Position numbers and translations under genes: made by a program. A stretch of 64,000 nt of DNA from Mariniblastus sp. (lineage in GTDB: Bacteria > Planctomycetota > Planctomycetia > Pirellulales > Pirellulaceae), in the NCBI GenBank assembly GCA_051010835.1, contig JBPCVC010000024.1, positions 8,229 to 72,228 on the forward strand, read 5' to 3'. Of the stretch, positions 19,110 to 29,102 are shown piece by piece (the stretch's first letter is position 1; each line of letters begins with the position of its first letter). Under the pieces are notes generated by a model. The model saw nothing but the letters and a program-made list of their open reading frames with translations. It did not search any database and was not told where the DNA came from.

Positions 19110-20606
19110 TTAGGGGTGGTTCTTTTTGTTCCGCTTCGCTTTTTGTCGATTCTTTAACCAGCCTGAATACTCGGGCCGGTTTTGCCATTGCTGGATAAAA
19201 GGTTTGTAAACATCGACGGTGTTCCAGAATCGAGGTTCGGGATTGCCGTCGAGCACTTCCCCCTCAGGATAGTCTTTTCCATCGATGCTACGTCGGATTG
19301 ATACGTCAAAATCAGCTAACAGTCCGAGCATTCGTTTCGCTTCAGCCTCGTTCTTTTCGAATAAATTTAGTGTCTCGTGTGGATCCTGCGGGAGATTGTA
19401 AAGTTCGAATTTAGGTTTCTGTTTTGTGTTGTTACCAAGGCGAATTAGTTTCCAGTTGTTGTCGATGACTGCCTGGTTGCCGAGGCAGTCGAAAGGGATT
19501 GGTTTTTCCCGCGTCGTAATTTCCGTGTCGAAAAGTTTTTTAAGACTCACTCCATCATTCTTATTAAGCATCGAGGACGCGGGAAGTTTCACGACTTCTG
19601 CCAAGGTCGGGAAAATGTCCATGGAAACGGAAGGATAGGACGTCACTCGCGGCGAAATGTGGGACGGCCACTCGATGACAGCAGGCACCCTCAATCCACC
19701 TTCATAAAGACTGCCCTTAAAACCTCGCAAACCACCAACGGTTTCAGGAGTGATTCTAGGTAACCCGCCATTGTCACTTGTAAACCAAATAATAGTTTGT
19801 TCAGCGATCCCCAGTTCTCTAATTGACTTGCGGAGCGTGCCAATGCTACGGTCCATCGCGACGAGTTCTCCGTGTTGGTCTTGTGAATTTCGGTCGAGGT
19901 GCGCAAAAGGAAGCGCGTCCTCTGGGGCCGCCATGAATGGACTGTGGGGGGTGCCAAACCAGATGACAGTAAATGATGGGCGTTTTAAAGAGGCTTGTTC
20001 GCTGATGAATTTCAGGGCTTCATCGACGATGATTTCGGAGGAGTCGCCTTCAAATTCTTCAAAATTTCCATTGCGACTGAGAATTGGATTGCGATCAAAA
20101 AAATTAGTGACTGAGAGCCAGGTGTCGAACCCGAAAACGCCGGGATGGTGACTGTCTTTGGCTGAAATAGGAACGCCGGGTCCACGTAATCCATTGAGAT
20201 GCCATTTTCCAAAGTGTCCCGTGTGGTAGCCAGCATTTGACAGTGCGGTAGCTAAAGTCTTTTCTTGCAGTCTTAACGCATACCCGTGACTATCAACTCC
20301 CGTTCTTCGGTTGGTACGTCCCGTGAGGACACTCGCCCGTGTGGGGGAGCAAACTGGAGCAGCAGCATAAAAGCGTTTGAAGCGAAGCCCGTTGGCTGCC
20401 ATTTCATCCAAGTGCGGCGTTTTTAAAATGGGGTGTCCATTGTATCCAGTCTGTCCCCATCCTTGATCGTCAGCCATCACCAAAACGATGTTGGGTTGGT
20501 TAGAACGGGAGGGAACATCTTGCGAATATGCGGTGCATTGACTTGTCATGAAAAAAGCCAACAATGCGAGGCAAGCGTAGTGCTTCTCAAAAATGGCTTG
20601 GCTCAT
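19110..20606 (-). CDS. Formylglycine-dependent sulfatase (S1 family)
   Basis: NIVLVMADDQG, CSPTRASVLTG, GHFGKWHL, SDNGG, KGSLYEGGLRVP. Confidence 0.92.
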   Translation of the reverse strand: MSQAIFEKHYACLALLAFFMTSQCTAYSQDVPSRSNQPNIVLVMADDQGWGQTGYNGHPILKTPHLDEMAANGLRFKRFYAAAPVCSPTRASVLTGRTNRRTGVDSHGYALRLQEKTLATALSNAGYHTGHFGKWHLNGLRGPGVPISAKDSHHPGVFGFDTWLSVTNFFDRNPILSRNGNFEEFEGDSSEIIVDEALKFISEQASLKRPSFTVIWFGTPHSPFMAAPEDALPFAHLDRNSQDQHGELVAMDRSIGTLRKSIRELGIAEQTIIWFTSDNGGLPRITPETVGGLRGFKGSLYEGGLRVPAVIEWPSHISPRVTSYPSVSMDIFPTLAEVVKLPASSMLNKNDGVSLKKLFDTEITTREKPIPFDCLGNQAVIDNNWKLIRLGNNTKQKPKFELYNLPQDPHETLNLFEKNEAEAKRMLGLLADFDVSIRRSIDGKDYPEGEVLDGNPEPRFWNTVDVYKPFIQQWQNRPEYSGWLKNRQKAKRNKKNHP

Positions 20607-20903
20607 TATTATTCTCTTGCTTCGACGAAGGGATGTTGTGTTTAAGTTAAGTTGAGAACCGCCCGAATGGCGCTCGTTTTTTTGCTTGCGTAGACAGCCT
20701 TCGGCTCATTGTAGCATTAGGATGCGCTCCGGGTTTAGCTAGCGGGATATCCAATCGAGTTTCTCAATTTTCCGAAATGGTTCTCAAATTGAGAAGTTTC
20801 TGCGCGAAGAAAGTGCCCAAAAACCGGCTGTTTTTATTTGGCTTGGGATTTGCACTGCTTTTATACCATTTATTTTTATCTTTTGATTTGCGGAGTATGA
20901 CTT

Positions 20904-21221
20904 ATGAATAGTGTACCTTTTGGCGGATGGGAAATCGATTCGGTTCTCATCGACGCAAGGACGGTGATGAACAATGACGGGATTCGATCGCTTCGAGTTT
21001 CGGATAAGGAGTGGGTCCTCCAACCGTTGGGACAAAAGTTTGATGTGATTCAAGTGACGCCTAAGAGGGTGACGCTGAATTCGAATGGGGAAATTTATTT
21101 TGCGGATTATTCGATTGAAGGTGCCCGTTTGGCTCTTGAGTTGACGCGGCCTGATCGGTGTGAAAAGGTGTCGATCGAAGCTCATGCGATTACAGCGGAT
21201 GTATTTTCGCAGGTTCGCTAG
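20904..21221 (+). CDS. Hypothetical 105-aa beta-rich protein
   Basis: ORF fills an intergenic gap; alternating hydrophobic pattern, GGWEI start; family not recognised. Confidence 0.5.
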   Translation: MNSVPFGGWEIDSVLIDARTVMNNDGIRSLRVSDKEWVLQPLGQKFDVIQVTPKRVTLNSNGEIYFADYSIEGARLALELTRPDRCEKVSIEAHAITADVFSQVR

Positions 21222-21297
21222 TCGGTTGCGTGCTTCGACTAAAAATTTAGGAAAACTGGCAGTGGACAACTGCCAGTTTTTCTATGCGCTATTCACT

Positions 21298-22893
21298 TCA
21301 ATTCGAATCGCCCAGAGATTTCCAGCGAAGTTCTGCATCGCTGGAGGGACTGAAGTGTCTCACGATTTCCGTGGGGACAACTTGGAATTTCGTGGTTGCC
21401 TGCAACCACTCCATGAACTCGGATTGGCGACCGATGTTGTCGAATTCGAACCCCATCAGTGCCTGCCCTTCGGTCTGTCCGGTATCGGTATAGTTCATAT
21501 AGCAAACGCTCGATAATGTGCTGGCGATCCGCATGAAATCACGAAGTGCACCGGGGCGATTTGCGAATTCAATTACTGCGAAAAATGGGAATGCTATTAA
21601 GTCGATATTAAACGGGATGACTCGGAACTCTGAGCCCGGCGACCCCGTAATGTCATGGTGTGGCGGGGCACTCGGATCAACCAGGAATTGATCGAGTAAC
21701 TTGATCTCGTTGTGGGGGACTTCGATTCCGATCACCGGGTAGGCGTTGGTTTCTGAGACTTTTCCGTATTGGAAATCGATAATGTTCATATTCGCAAAGA
21801 AACGATCGAGCAGTTCTGCCATCGCACCGTGCTGTTCGTTAATTTCGAAGGCGTAGTAGCGCGTTTCGGGGCGTTTGACTTGGCCTCGTCTTGCAATTTT
21901 AGGCAGCATCATGAAATCGACGTTGGATCCAGAGAGGACGGTCAGGGGGCGATCGTCTGCGGTCAATGGATACTGGATCGCACCCGCAACTCCGAGGGCA
22001 GCGGAGGGTTCGACGATCGTTCGCTTTTTTTGCCAGAGGTACTGGATTGCTTCACAAACCTGATCATTAGTGACTGTGATCCATTCGTCAATTAAATGTT
22101 GACACAGTTTGAAGGGGATTTCCCCCGGGCAGGCAACGGCTGTTCCGTCACAGAAACGATCGAGCGTATCGATGGTGGTTCTTTGGCCTATTGCTAAAGA
22201 AATACCCATACTGTTTTGATCAACCGCTTCGACGACAATTAATTTAGCCGAGGGGAATTTTTCCTTCGCCACTGAAGCGACCCCCGAGGCCATTCCTCCG
22301 CCACCGACTTCAAGAAATATATGGGTCGGCGGGAGTTCGAGCTCTTTAGCGATTTCTATTCCGATGGTCGCCTGGCCAGCGATGACTTGTAAGTCATCGT
22401 AGGGTGGAATCACAACACCGCCGCTGCCTTCGGCAAAGCGATGAGCCTCCCTAGCCGCTTCGTCGAATGAATCACCGTGGAGCTGGATTTGGATGAATTC
22501 ACCTCCAAAGCTCTTAACGGACTCTTGTTTGAGCACGGGCGTCGAGCGAGGCATGAAAATGGTAGCTGGCAAATTTAATCGTTTTGCGGTCACAGCCACG
22601 CCTTGAGCGTGGTTTCCCGCCGAGGCGGCAACTAATTTCCCTGTGAATCCAGATTCGTGCATCGCCAGAATCTTATTGAAAGAGCCGCGCCATTTATAGC
22701 TGTGGACAACCGAAAGGTCTTCGCGTTTGAGCGTTAGGGTGGCGCCACTCTCCAGCTCGATCGAATCTAAAGGTGTCGGTTGATCGAGCTGATAAATTCG
22801 GTCGAGAGCTGCTCTCGTTTCAAGTTCCAACAGACGCAGTAGTTCCGGAGCTTCTGTGTTGCTAATGGAATTCGATGGCTCTTGTTCAGTCAT
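21298..22893 (-). CDS. ilvA: Threonine ammonia-lyase (biosynthetic, two C-terminal ACT-like domains)
   Basis: LKREDL, SYKWRG (PLP Lys), ASAGNHAQGVA, VGGGG, VLSGSN; RPGALRDF ACT repeat. Confidence 0.9.
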   Translation of the reverse strand: MTEQEPSNSISNTEAPELLRLLELETRAALDRIYQLDQPTPLDSIELESGATLTLKREDLSVVHSYKWRGSFNKILAMHESGFTGKLVAASAGNHAQGVAVTAKRLNLPATIFMPRSTPVLKQESVKSFGGEFIQIQLHGDSFDEAAREAHRFAEGSGGVVIPPYDDLQVIAGQATIGIEIAKELELPPTHIFLEVGGGGMASGVASVAKEKFPSAKLIVVEAVDQNSMGISLAIGQRTTIDTLDRFCDGTAVACPGEIPFKLCQHLIDEWITVTNDQVCEAIQYLWQKKRTIVEPSAALGVAGAIQYPLTADDRPLTVLSGSNVDFMMLPKIARRGQVKRPETRYYAFEINEQHGAMAELLDRFFANMNIIDFQYGKVSETNAYPVIGIEVPHNEIKLLDQFLVDPSAPPHHDITGSPGSEFRVIPFNIDLIAFPFFAVIEFANRPGALRDFMRIASTLSSVCYMNYTDTGQTEGQALMGFEFDNIGRQSEFMEWLQATTKFQVVPTEIVRHFSPSSDAELRWKSLGDSN

Positions 22894-23072
22894 TGCAAAA
22901 CCTTTAGCGGGTGAATAACAGCAAGGAGTGGACTGTTGTTGGGTTCATGAGCCGGGAGAGCAACCGATTCAGCGAGTCTCCAAGTCGGGTTGAAGCGGAA
23001 ACATCCGAATTGGAATAAACGGATGTTCAGCTGTTTCAACGTTAGTCCGGTGGAAGCTCTGAAACGCAAGTC

Positions 23073-24074
23073 TTAACTTTGGTTTTGTTGCAGCCAGGAA
23101 AATTGTTTTCGCAAGGCCTGGCCAGTCGCTTCAATGGGGTGAGCAATGTCTTCTTCCATCATGCGTTTGAAGTTGGCCGATCCAGACGCCGCTTCTTCCT
23201 GCCACTGTTTGGCGAAGGTGCCATCTTGAATGTCTTTTAAAACCGCTTTCATGTTCGCTCGAGTCTCGTCGGTGATGATTCGTTTGCCACTGACGAGATC
23301 TCCATAGGCTGCTGTATCGCTGATGAACTCATGCATTCGCGCGATTCCACCTTCGTAGATTAAATCGACGATTAATTTGACTTCGTGCAGGCATTCGAAA
23401 TAGGCGACATCCGGTTGGTAACCGGCTTCGACAAGTGTCTCCCAGCCAGCAGTAATTAATTCCGTTAAGCCGCCGCAGAGGACTGCTTGTTCACCAAACA
23501 AATCGGTCTCAGTTTCTTCCGGAAAGGTCGTCTGGATAATTCCAGCTCGAGCAGCACCAATCGCCCATCCATAGGAGAGTGCGATGTCCAAAGCGTTGCC
23601 CGTAGCATCTTGATGGACTGCGACTAATCCTGGCACGCCGCTTCCCTCTTCATATTGCCGTCGGACCATGCCGCCAGGCCCTTTCGGGGCAAGCATCACG
23701 ACATTGTTGTCGGGGGTGACCGTAATTGCTCCGTAGTGGATACAAAATCCATGGGAGAATAGAACGGTGGAACCTGGTTTCAGGTTGGGTGCCACAATAT
23801 CGCGGTAAACCTGTGGTTGTGCCATGTCGGGGCACATCATGCAAACGACATCCGCTTGTTTCGCAGCATCTTCCATACTTAGCGGTGTCCAGCCTTCGGA
23901 CACAGCTTGATTCCAGCTTTTCCCGCCTTCGCGAAGCCCAACAACGACGTTGATGCCGCTATCTCGAAGATTCATTGCCTGTCCTCGACCTTGGCTGCCG
24001 TAACCGATCATGGCAACACAGAGGTTTTCAAGGGCTTGTGTATTAATATCTGACTCGAAAAACATGGTCGTCAT
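23073..24074 (-). CDS. ilvC: Ketol-acid reductoisomerase
   Basis: GYGSQGRGQAMNLRDSG, APKGPG, ETETDLFGEQAVLCGG, YFECLHE, SDTAAYG. Confidence 0.97.
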   Translation of the reverse strand: MTTMFFESDINTQALENLCVAMIGYGSQGRGQAMNLRDSGINVVVGLREGGKSWNQAVSEGWTPLSMEDAAKQADVVCMMCPDMAQPQVYRDIVAPNLKPGSTVLFSHGFCIHYGAITVTPDNNVVMLAPKGPGGMVRRQYEEGSGVPGLVAVHQDATGNALDIALSYGWAIGAARAGIIQTTFPEETETDLFGEQAVLCGGLTELITAGWETLVEAGYQPDVAYFECLHEVKLIVDLIYEGGIARMHEFISDTAAYGDLVSGKRIITDETRANMKAVLKDIQDGTFAKQWQEEAASGSANFKRMMEEDIAHPIEATGQALRKQFSWLQQNQS

Positions 24075-24129
24075 TTTGGGCTCCAGCTATTTCCAAAGAT
24101 TCCGGAAGGGATGGGTGGTTGGTTTAATC

Positions 24130-24158
24130 AAAAAACGACTCGCAAACCGTGCGAGTCG
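24130..24158 (-). terminator. Intrinsic terminator-like hairpin in the ilvC leader
   Basis: Perfect 9-bp stem CGACTCGCA/TGCGAGTCG, 5-nt loop, then U6 on the minus strand, 56 nt before the ilvC ATG. Confidence 0.7.
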
Positions 24159-24690
24159 CTCAAGTTTTCTTGCGTGAAATTTGCAGCTCGCTGTTCAACG
24201 GGGTAAAGTTCGCTATCACAGAAATGGACTTTCGTATAATTTGATGCTGCAATCAAACAAACGCATTAGTTTCCGTTTTTCCTCTTCCGTTTCAGCGATC
24301 GAAGCCGATTCTAAAGAGGGAGCGATGAAAGTCAATTCCAAGGTTTTGCCAAATGAAATTGCTCCATGGGTATCCTGGGTAAGAGTTTAAATTACGTAGA
24401 CGTGGCTTGAGCGGATTGTGGTTGATTCTGTTCCGTTGGAGGTGGTTTGCGGTGGTCGTTGTTAAATAGCGATTGTGGTCCAATAAGTGAGGAACTTGGA
24501 ATTAGATTTCAATTTTTTTCAGGCGAATATTTTGAAGCCCTAGTTTTCGTTTTTCCACCGATATATTCGATTTTGCCCTCAGAACAGGGCTAAGATGTGT
24601 CCTGCTCGATTTCGATCGGGTTGGCGTTTTCCAAATTCAGTCCGTCGATGAATCCTGTCGGCCGTCCGTTGTAAGTGATCCACAGAACTA

Positions 24691-27471
24691 ATGAACAAAA
24701 AACAAAATGAGCTGAGCGGAACAATTCGATTGTTGGGCGGATTGTTGGGGGAGACGATCATTGCCCAGGAAGGGCGTGAAGTGTTCGAGATGGAGGAAGA
24801 GATTCGTAAACTGGCGAAAGCCTGGCGAGCGGGTGATGCGGAGGCTAAGCAGCGACTCGACGAGGTCATTCCGAGTTTGGTTAACGATCTTCCTTTAGCC
24901 GCTGCAAATTTAAAGGCGTTCTCAACCTATTTCCAGTTGGTGAATTTGGCGGAGGAGCGAGAGCGTGTTCGGATTTTGCGCGAACGTGCTGAGGCTGCGT
25001 TTGAATCCAATGTCCCGATGGATGAAACCATGGATGAAGCCTTGGGTACACTTAAGCGGGAAGGAGTCGAAGCTGCGGAAATCCAGGAGATTTTGGCCCG
25101 AATGGTGGTAACCCCCGTTTTCACGGCTCATCCTACGGAATCGAAACGACGGACGATCCGTCAGATCCTCAACACAGTATCGACTTTATTAAAGCGACTC
25201 GACTCTGCCGATCTATTCGCTCAAGAACGAAACGAGACTGAGGAGTTATTGCGGGATTATATCGTCCTCCTGTGGCAGAGTGACGAGACTCGGAATCGCC
25301 GGCCGACGGTGATGGATGAGGTTCGCAACAGTGGTTTATATTTTTTCGAAAATACACTTTTTGATTTAGTACCGCGAATTTATGAGGAACTAGATGCAGC
25401 GTTGGCGAAACATTTTCCAGAGAAAAAATTTGAGGTTCCCCCGTTTCTTTCTTATGGTTCGTGGATCGGTGGTGATCGGGATGGTAACCCTTACGTGACC
25501 ACTGAAGTCACTGAGGAAACGTTGCAAGAGCATGAGGCAACGGTGCTGTCCCATTATTTAAAAGAGGTTCGCTCGATGTACTCACTGTTGAGTCCATCGA
25601 CAACGCGGGTGAATTTTAGCCATTGGTTTTTGGCAAGTCTGGAAAAAGATCGCCAGTTAGTGCCTGAGGCTGAATTTGAAGTGCTTGAGCGATTTGCGCA
25701 GGAACCTTACCGCCAAAAGCTCATCATGATTTACCGGCGGTTGGCCGCGACGAAAAAGCAGAATGAAAGTGCCTGGAGTCAGGTTCCTGTTGGGGAAAAA
25801 GATCGGCGAGCCTACGATTCGGTGGATCAATTTCTAGATGATCTATATCTTATTCGCGACAGTTTATTAGCCAATCAGGGTGAGAGATTGGTGCGAGGCC
25901 GATTTTCGCGATTGATTCGGTCCGCCCAGGTGTTTGGTTTTCACATGGCGTCTCTCGACTTGCGGCAGCATTCGAAACGCCATCGAGAAGCTGCGGGTGA
26001 AATTTTTGCGAAAAATCAGACGGTTGAAGATTACCAAGCCCTACCCGAATCTGAAAAAATTGCCGTTCTCAGTCGAGAGATTGAGAGCCCAAGATCCTGG
26101 TCAGGTGGTCGCAAGTCTGACGGTCATTTTGGCTTCACTAGTCAGACGGATGATCTTCTCACTCTGTTCCGACTGATTGGTTTTGCTCAGGCTAAGATGG
26201 GTGAACAGGCAATCGAGGCGTATATTATTAGCATGACACAAGGTGTCAGTCATATTCTTGAGGTTTTGCTGTTGGCACATGATGCAGATCTATTTGGTTG
26301 CCTCGATATTGTGCCGTTGTTCGAGACCGTCGACGATTTGAAGGCGGCACCTGCAATTATGCAGTCGCTGTTTGACAATCCGGTTTACGCAAAACATCTT
26401 GCTGCACGTGGTAATCAGCAGCAAATTATGATCGGTTACAGCGACAGTAATAAGGATGGTGGATATCTTCGCGCTAATTGGATGCTGTTTACTGCTCAGC
26501 GACAATTGGCCGAAGTCTGCCAGCGAAATGGGATTGTATTGACACTGTTTCACGGGCGTGGCGGTTCGATAGGACGCGGTGGCGGGCCTGCGAATCGGGC
26601 AATACTGGCACAGCCCCCTGAATCCGTTCGAGGTCGGATTCGAATAACCGAGCAGGGAGAGGTGGTCAGTTCAAGATACAGCGAACCGGAAATTGCTCAT
26701 CGGCACCTCCAGCAATTGGTTCATGCCGTTCTCTGTTCGACGGGAACTCGCCCTGTCTTTGATAAAATAGAGCGATGGTCTGAAATCATGGATGAGCTTA
26801 GCTCGATTGCATATCGAAAGTATCGCAGCCTAGTGGAGCGTGAAGATTTCCTTGAGTACTTCCATGCCGCTTCCCCTATCGATCAGATTGGACAACTAAA
26901 TATTGGTTCGCGGCCAAGCCGTCGAGCTGCGACCGAGACCTTGGATGATTTAAGGGCAATCCCCTGGGTGTTTGCATGGACTCAAACAAGAACTGATATT
27001 CCGAGTTGGTTTGGTATTGGAACCGGATTTCAGGAGTGGCTTGCCGAAGGGGACTACGATTCAAAATTAGAGGAATTAAGGGAGATGAATCAACGGTGGC
27101 CTTTCTTTCGAACCTTAATGAGTAATGTCCAGTTGGGGATGGGGCGAGCCGATATGTCAATTTCAGCTTTGTATGCGTCACTCTCAGAAGAGCACGGCGG
27201 CGCGGTCTACGAAGACATCAAAGCAGAGTTTGACTTGAGTAAACGGCTGGTGCTGGAAGTTGCGGAGGTTGAAGAGCTCCTGCATTGCGAGCCGTGGTTG
27301 CAACACAGCATTAAAGTTAGAAACCCATACGTCGATCCGCTGAATTACATCCAGGTTGAATTGCTTAAGAAATTGCGTTCTGATCCAGAGGTTCTGGATT
27401 CGGATGCAATTCGCCATGAAATTCTTCAATCGGTCAACGGGATTGCTGCGGGGCTGCAAAGTGTCGGGTGA
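24691..27471 (+). CDS. ppc: Phosphoenolpyruvate carboxylase
   Basis: FTAHPTE, GDRDGNP, GYSDSNKDGG, FHGRGGSIGRGGGP, LRAIPWVFAWTQ, RNPYVDPLN. Confidence 0.97.
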   Translation: MNKKQNELSGTIRLLGGLLGETIIAQEGREVFEMEEEIRKLAKAWRAGDAEAKQRLDEVIPSLVNDLPLAAANLKAFSTYFQLVNLAEERERVRILRERAEAAFESNVPMDETMDEALGTLKREGVEAAEIQEILARMVVTPVFTAHPTESKRRTIRQILNTVSTLLKRLDSADLFAQERNETEELLRDYIVLLWQSDETRNRRPTVMDEVRNSGLYFFENTLFDLVPRIYEELDAALAKHFPEKKFEVPPFLSYGSWIGGDRDGNPYVTTEVTEETLQEHEATVLSHYLKEVRSMYSLLSPSTTRVNFSHWFLASLEKDRQLVPEAEFEVLERFAQEPYRQKLIMIYRRLAATKKQNESAWSQVPVGEKDRRAYDSVDQFLDDLYLIRDSLLANQGERLVRGRFSRLIRSAQVFGFHMASLDLRQHSKRHREAAGEIFAKNQTVEDYQALPESEKIAVLSREIESPRSWSGGRKSDGHFGFTSQTDDLLTLFRLIGFAQAKMGEQAIEAYIISMTQGVSHILEVLLLAHDADLFGCLDIVPLFETVDDLKAAPAIMQSLFDNPVYAKHLAARGNQQQIMIGYSDSNKDGGYLRANWMLFTAQRQLAEVCQRNGIVLTLFHGRGGSIGRGGGPANRAILAQPPESVRGRIRITEQGEVVSSRYSEPEIAHRHLQQLVHAVLCSTGTRPVFDKIERWSEIMDELSSIAYRKYRSLVEREDFLEYFHAASPIDQIGQLNIGSRPSRRAATETLDDLRAIPWVFAWTQTRTDIPSWFGIGTGFQEWLAEGDYDSKLEELREMNQRWPFFRTLMSNVQLGMGRADMSISALYASLSEEHGGAVYEDIKAEFDLSKRLVLEVAEVEELLHCEPWLQHSIKVRNPYVDPLNYIQVELLKKLRSDPEVLDSDAIRHEILQSVNGIAAGLQSVG

Positions 27472-27542
27472 TACTTTGTATTTCAATTACTGCCGCTACG
27501 GTCAAATGCGAAGTCGCGTTAGAAGAAGTGGATCGATTTGAT

Positions 27543-28865
27543 TTAGTGGGGTGAATCCAGGTCTTCCGGATTTTCATTGAACCAAATCGCCACTTCTGGC
27601 GGGACTTCGTTTGGCATTTTTCGAAACTGTTCAAGAAGTTCATTGCTGAGTCCTGCTCGGTACAACTGGAGATTCTTAATGGCAGTGCGCGTCAGACACT
27701 CGTCCATTTTCTGGCCCGCCATTAGTCGGTGATATTTTTCATTGACACTCATCATGGCGGTTCCAACATCAATTACTCGATCGCCAGGAAGAATTTCACG
27801 CCAGGTGAAGTCGGGTAGATCCATTGCCTTTTTACTGGCTTTCAAGATCCTTTCCGGCGTTAATGATTCAAGCAAATCAAAGTTCTCCAATACGAAGTAG
27901 GTTTTTTGAAATTCGCTGATGAGATAATCTGTGTTGGCCAGTCGTAGCAGATCCTGGTCACAAGAGGGATCGATTAAGATGCGATTCGATTCGCCGCCGC
28001 CGATGCTATAGATTGTCTCGCCAGGTGAAGAAAGGATTCCGGCGCCGAAATCCCGGACTTCACCATTCTCCATTACCAGACCAAATTCAACGGTAAACCA
28101 ATAGATTCGCCCCGCATATTTAAGTAATTCATCGGCAGTCGCTTTGATTTGTTGAATTGCCTCATCGTCTCCGTGTACTGCTTCGATTTGTTTATCCCGA
28201 TCAGCGTAAATGATATTTCGGGCTTCGCCGTGATACTTCATCACATTGGCTACTGCCGAAATAGTAAATGTCGCAACGTGTCCAGCGACGTCATGACCAA
28301 TGTCGGGTTCCTCAAGGTAATCTGTGCCTAGCGGACGCATGAACGTCGTCACGGGGAAGAAGCGTTTGCTATGACAAGTGAAGAAGAGTTCGGCGGGAAT
28401 GATTTCATTGACGGTCGCAAGTTGCCAGGCGGTTTGTTGATAGATTCGTGCATTAAGCAAGTAAAAGTCCGGGATGACCCCCCCGGAAATTTCAAATAAT
28501 TTCTCACCGTTCTGGTATTCTTGGCAGGCGAATTTTTCCTTGGTTTTTTTCTGTTGCGCGACAAGGCATGCCCAGCTAAGGTGCTCTTCGAAAGTGTACT
28601 TTTCGTAGTGCTGTTGGCTTTCATAATCACCGAGCGCGACGGACTCGGTGCCAAGGTTGCCAGTCCGAAAGGGCAGCCCAGCCTTGGCTGCCGCGATGTA
28701 GGGAGCCCGTTTGTGCGGAGCGATCGGATACGGGACGTCTGTACGTGAAAGTTCGGTTTCCAAACGCGTGAGTCGATCTTCGAGCGAAAGTGGAGTCACG
28801 TCGCTGAGTTCGAGCCCGTTCTTTTGAGCAAACAGTTCATAATCGGTTTGCGTATGATTGGGCAT
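27543..28865 (-). CDS. Pterin-dependent aromatic amino acid hydroxylase (PhhA-like) with N- and C-terminal extensions
   Basis: EEPDIGHDVAGH (two Fe His), RIYWFTVEFGL (Fe Glu), GAGILSS.GE, FQKTYFV. Confidence 0.8.
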   Translation of the reverse strand: MPNHTQTDYELFAQKNGLELSDVTPLSLEDRLTRLETELSRTDVPYPIAPHKRAPYIAAAKAGLPFRTGNLGTESVALGDYESQQHYEKYTFEEHLSWACLVAQQKKTKEKFACQEYQNGEKLFEISGGVIPDFYLLNARIYQQTAWQLATVNEIIPAELFFTCHSKRFFPVTTFMRPLGTDYLEEPDIGHDVAGHVATFTISAVANVMKYHGEARNIIYADRDKQIEAVHGDDEAIQQIKATADELLKYAGRIYWFTVEFGLVMENGEVRDFGAGILSSPGETIYSIGGGESNRILIDPSCDQDLLRLANTDYLISEFQKTYFVLENFDLLESLTPERILKASKKAMDLPDFTWREILPGDRVIDVGTAMMSVNEKYHRLMAGQKMDECLTRTAIKNLQLYRAGLSNELLEQFRKMPNEVPPEVAIWFNENPEDLDSPH

Positions 28866-29102
28866 GGCTCACTCGCGTATCCAATGGTTTGAAACCGGGC
28901 CGGTTTAAATTTGACCTAGTTATTAATTTTCCGATGCTAAAAATCATAGCGTTGATTCACGCTATTCATAGCGATAAAGAAAAGCCGTCCAAGCTGTGGA
29001 CGCGAGGGGGATGTTGTCCGCGTTGGTTGGAAGTTGAAATTGAACAGCATCTGGTAGATGCAGCGTCGGGAGACTGAGGTCATGAAATCGTATTACCACG
29101 AT

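Noticed and set aside
24240-24257. FNR box
   Set aside because: The TTGAT/ATCAA half-sites are separated by 6 nt rather than the 4 nt FNR requires; kept only as an anonymous inverted repeat.
24292-24483. ORF with a Thr4 run as an ilv attenuator leader peptide
   Set aside because: TTG start, 63 aa long, and it ends more than 130 nt from the terminator, too far for ribosome-coupled attenuation.
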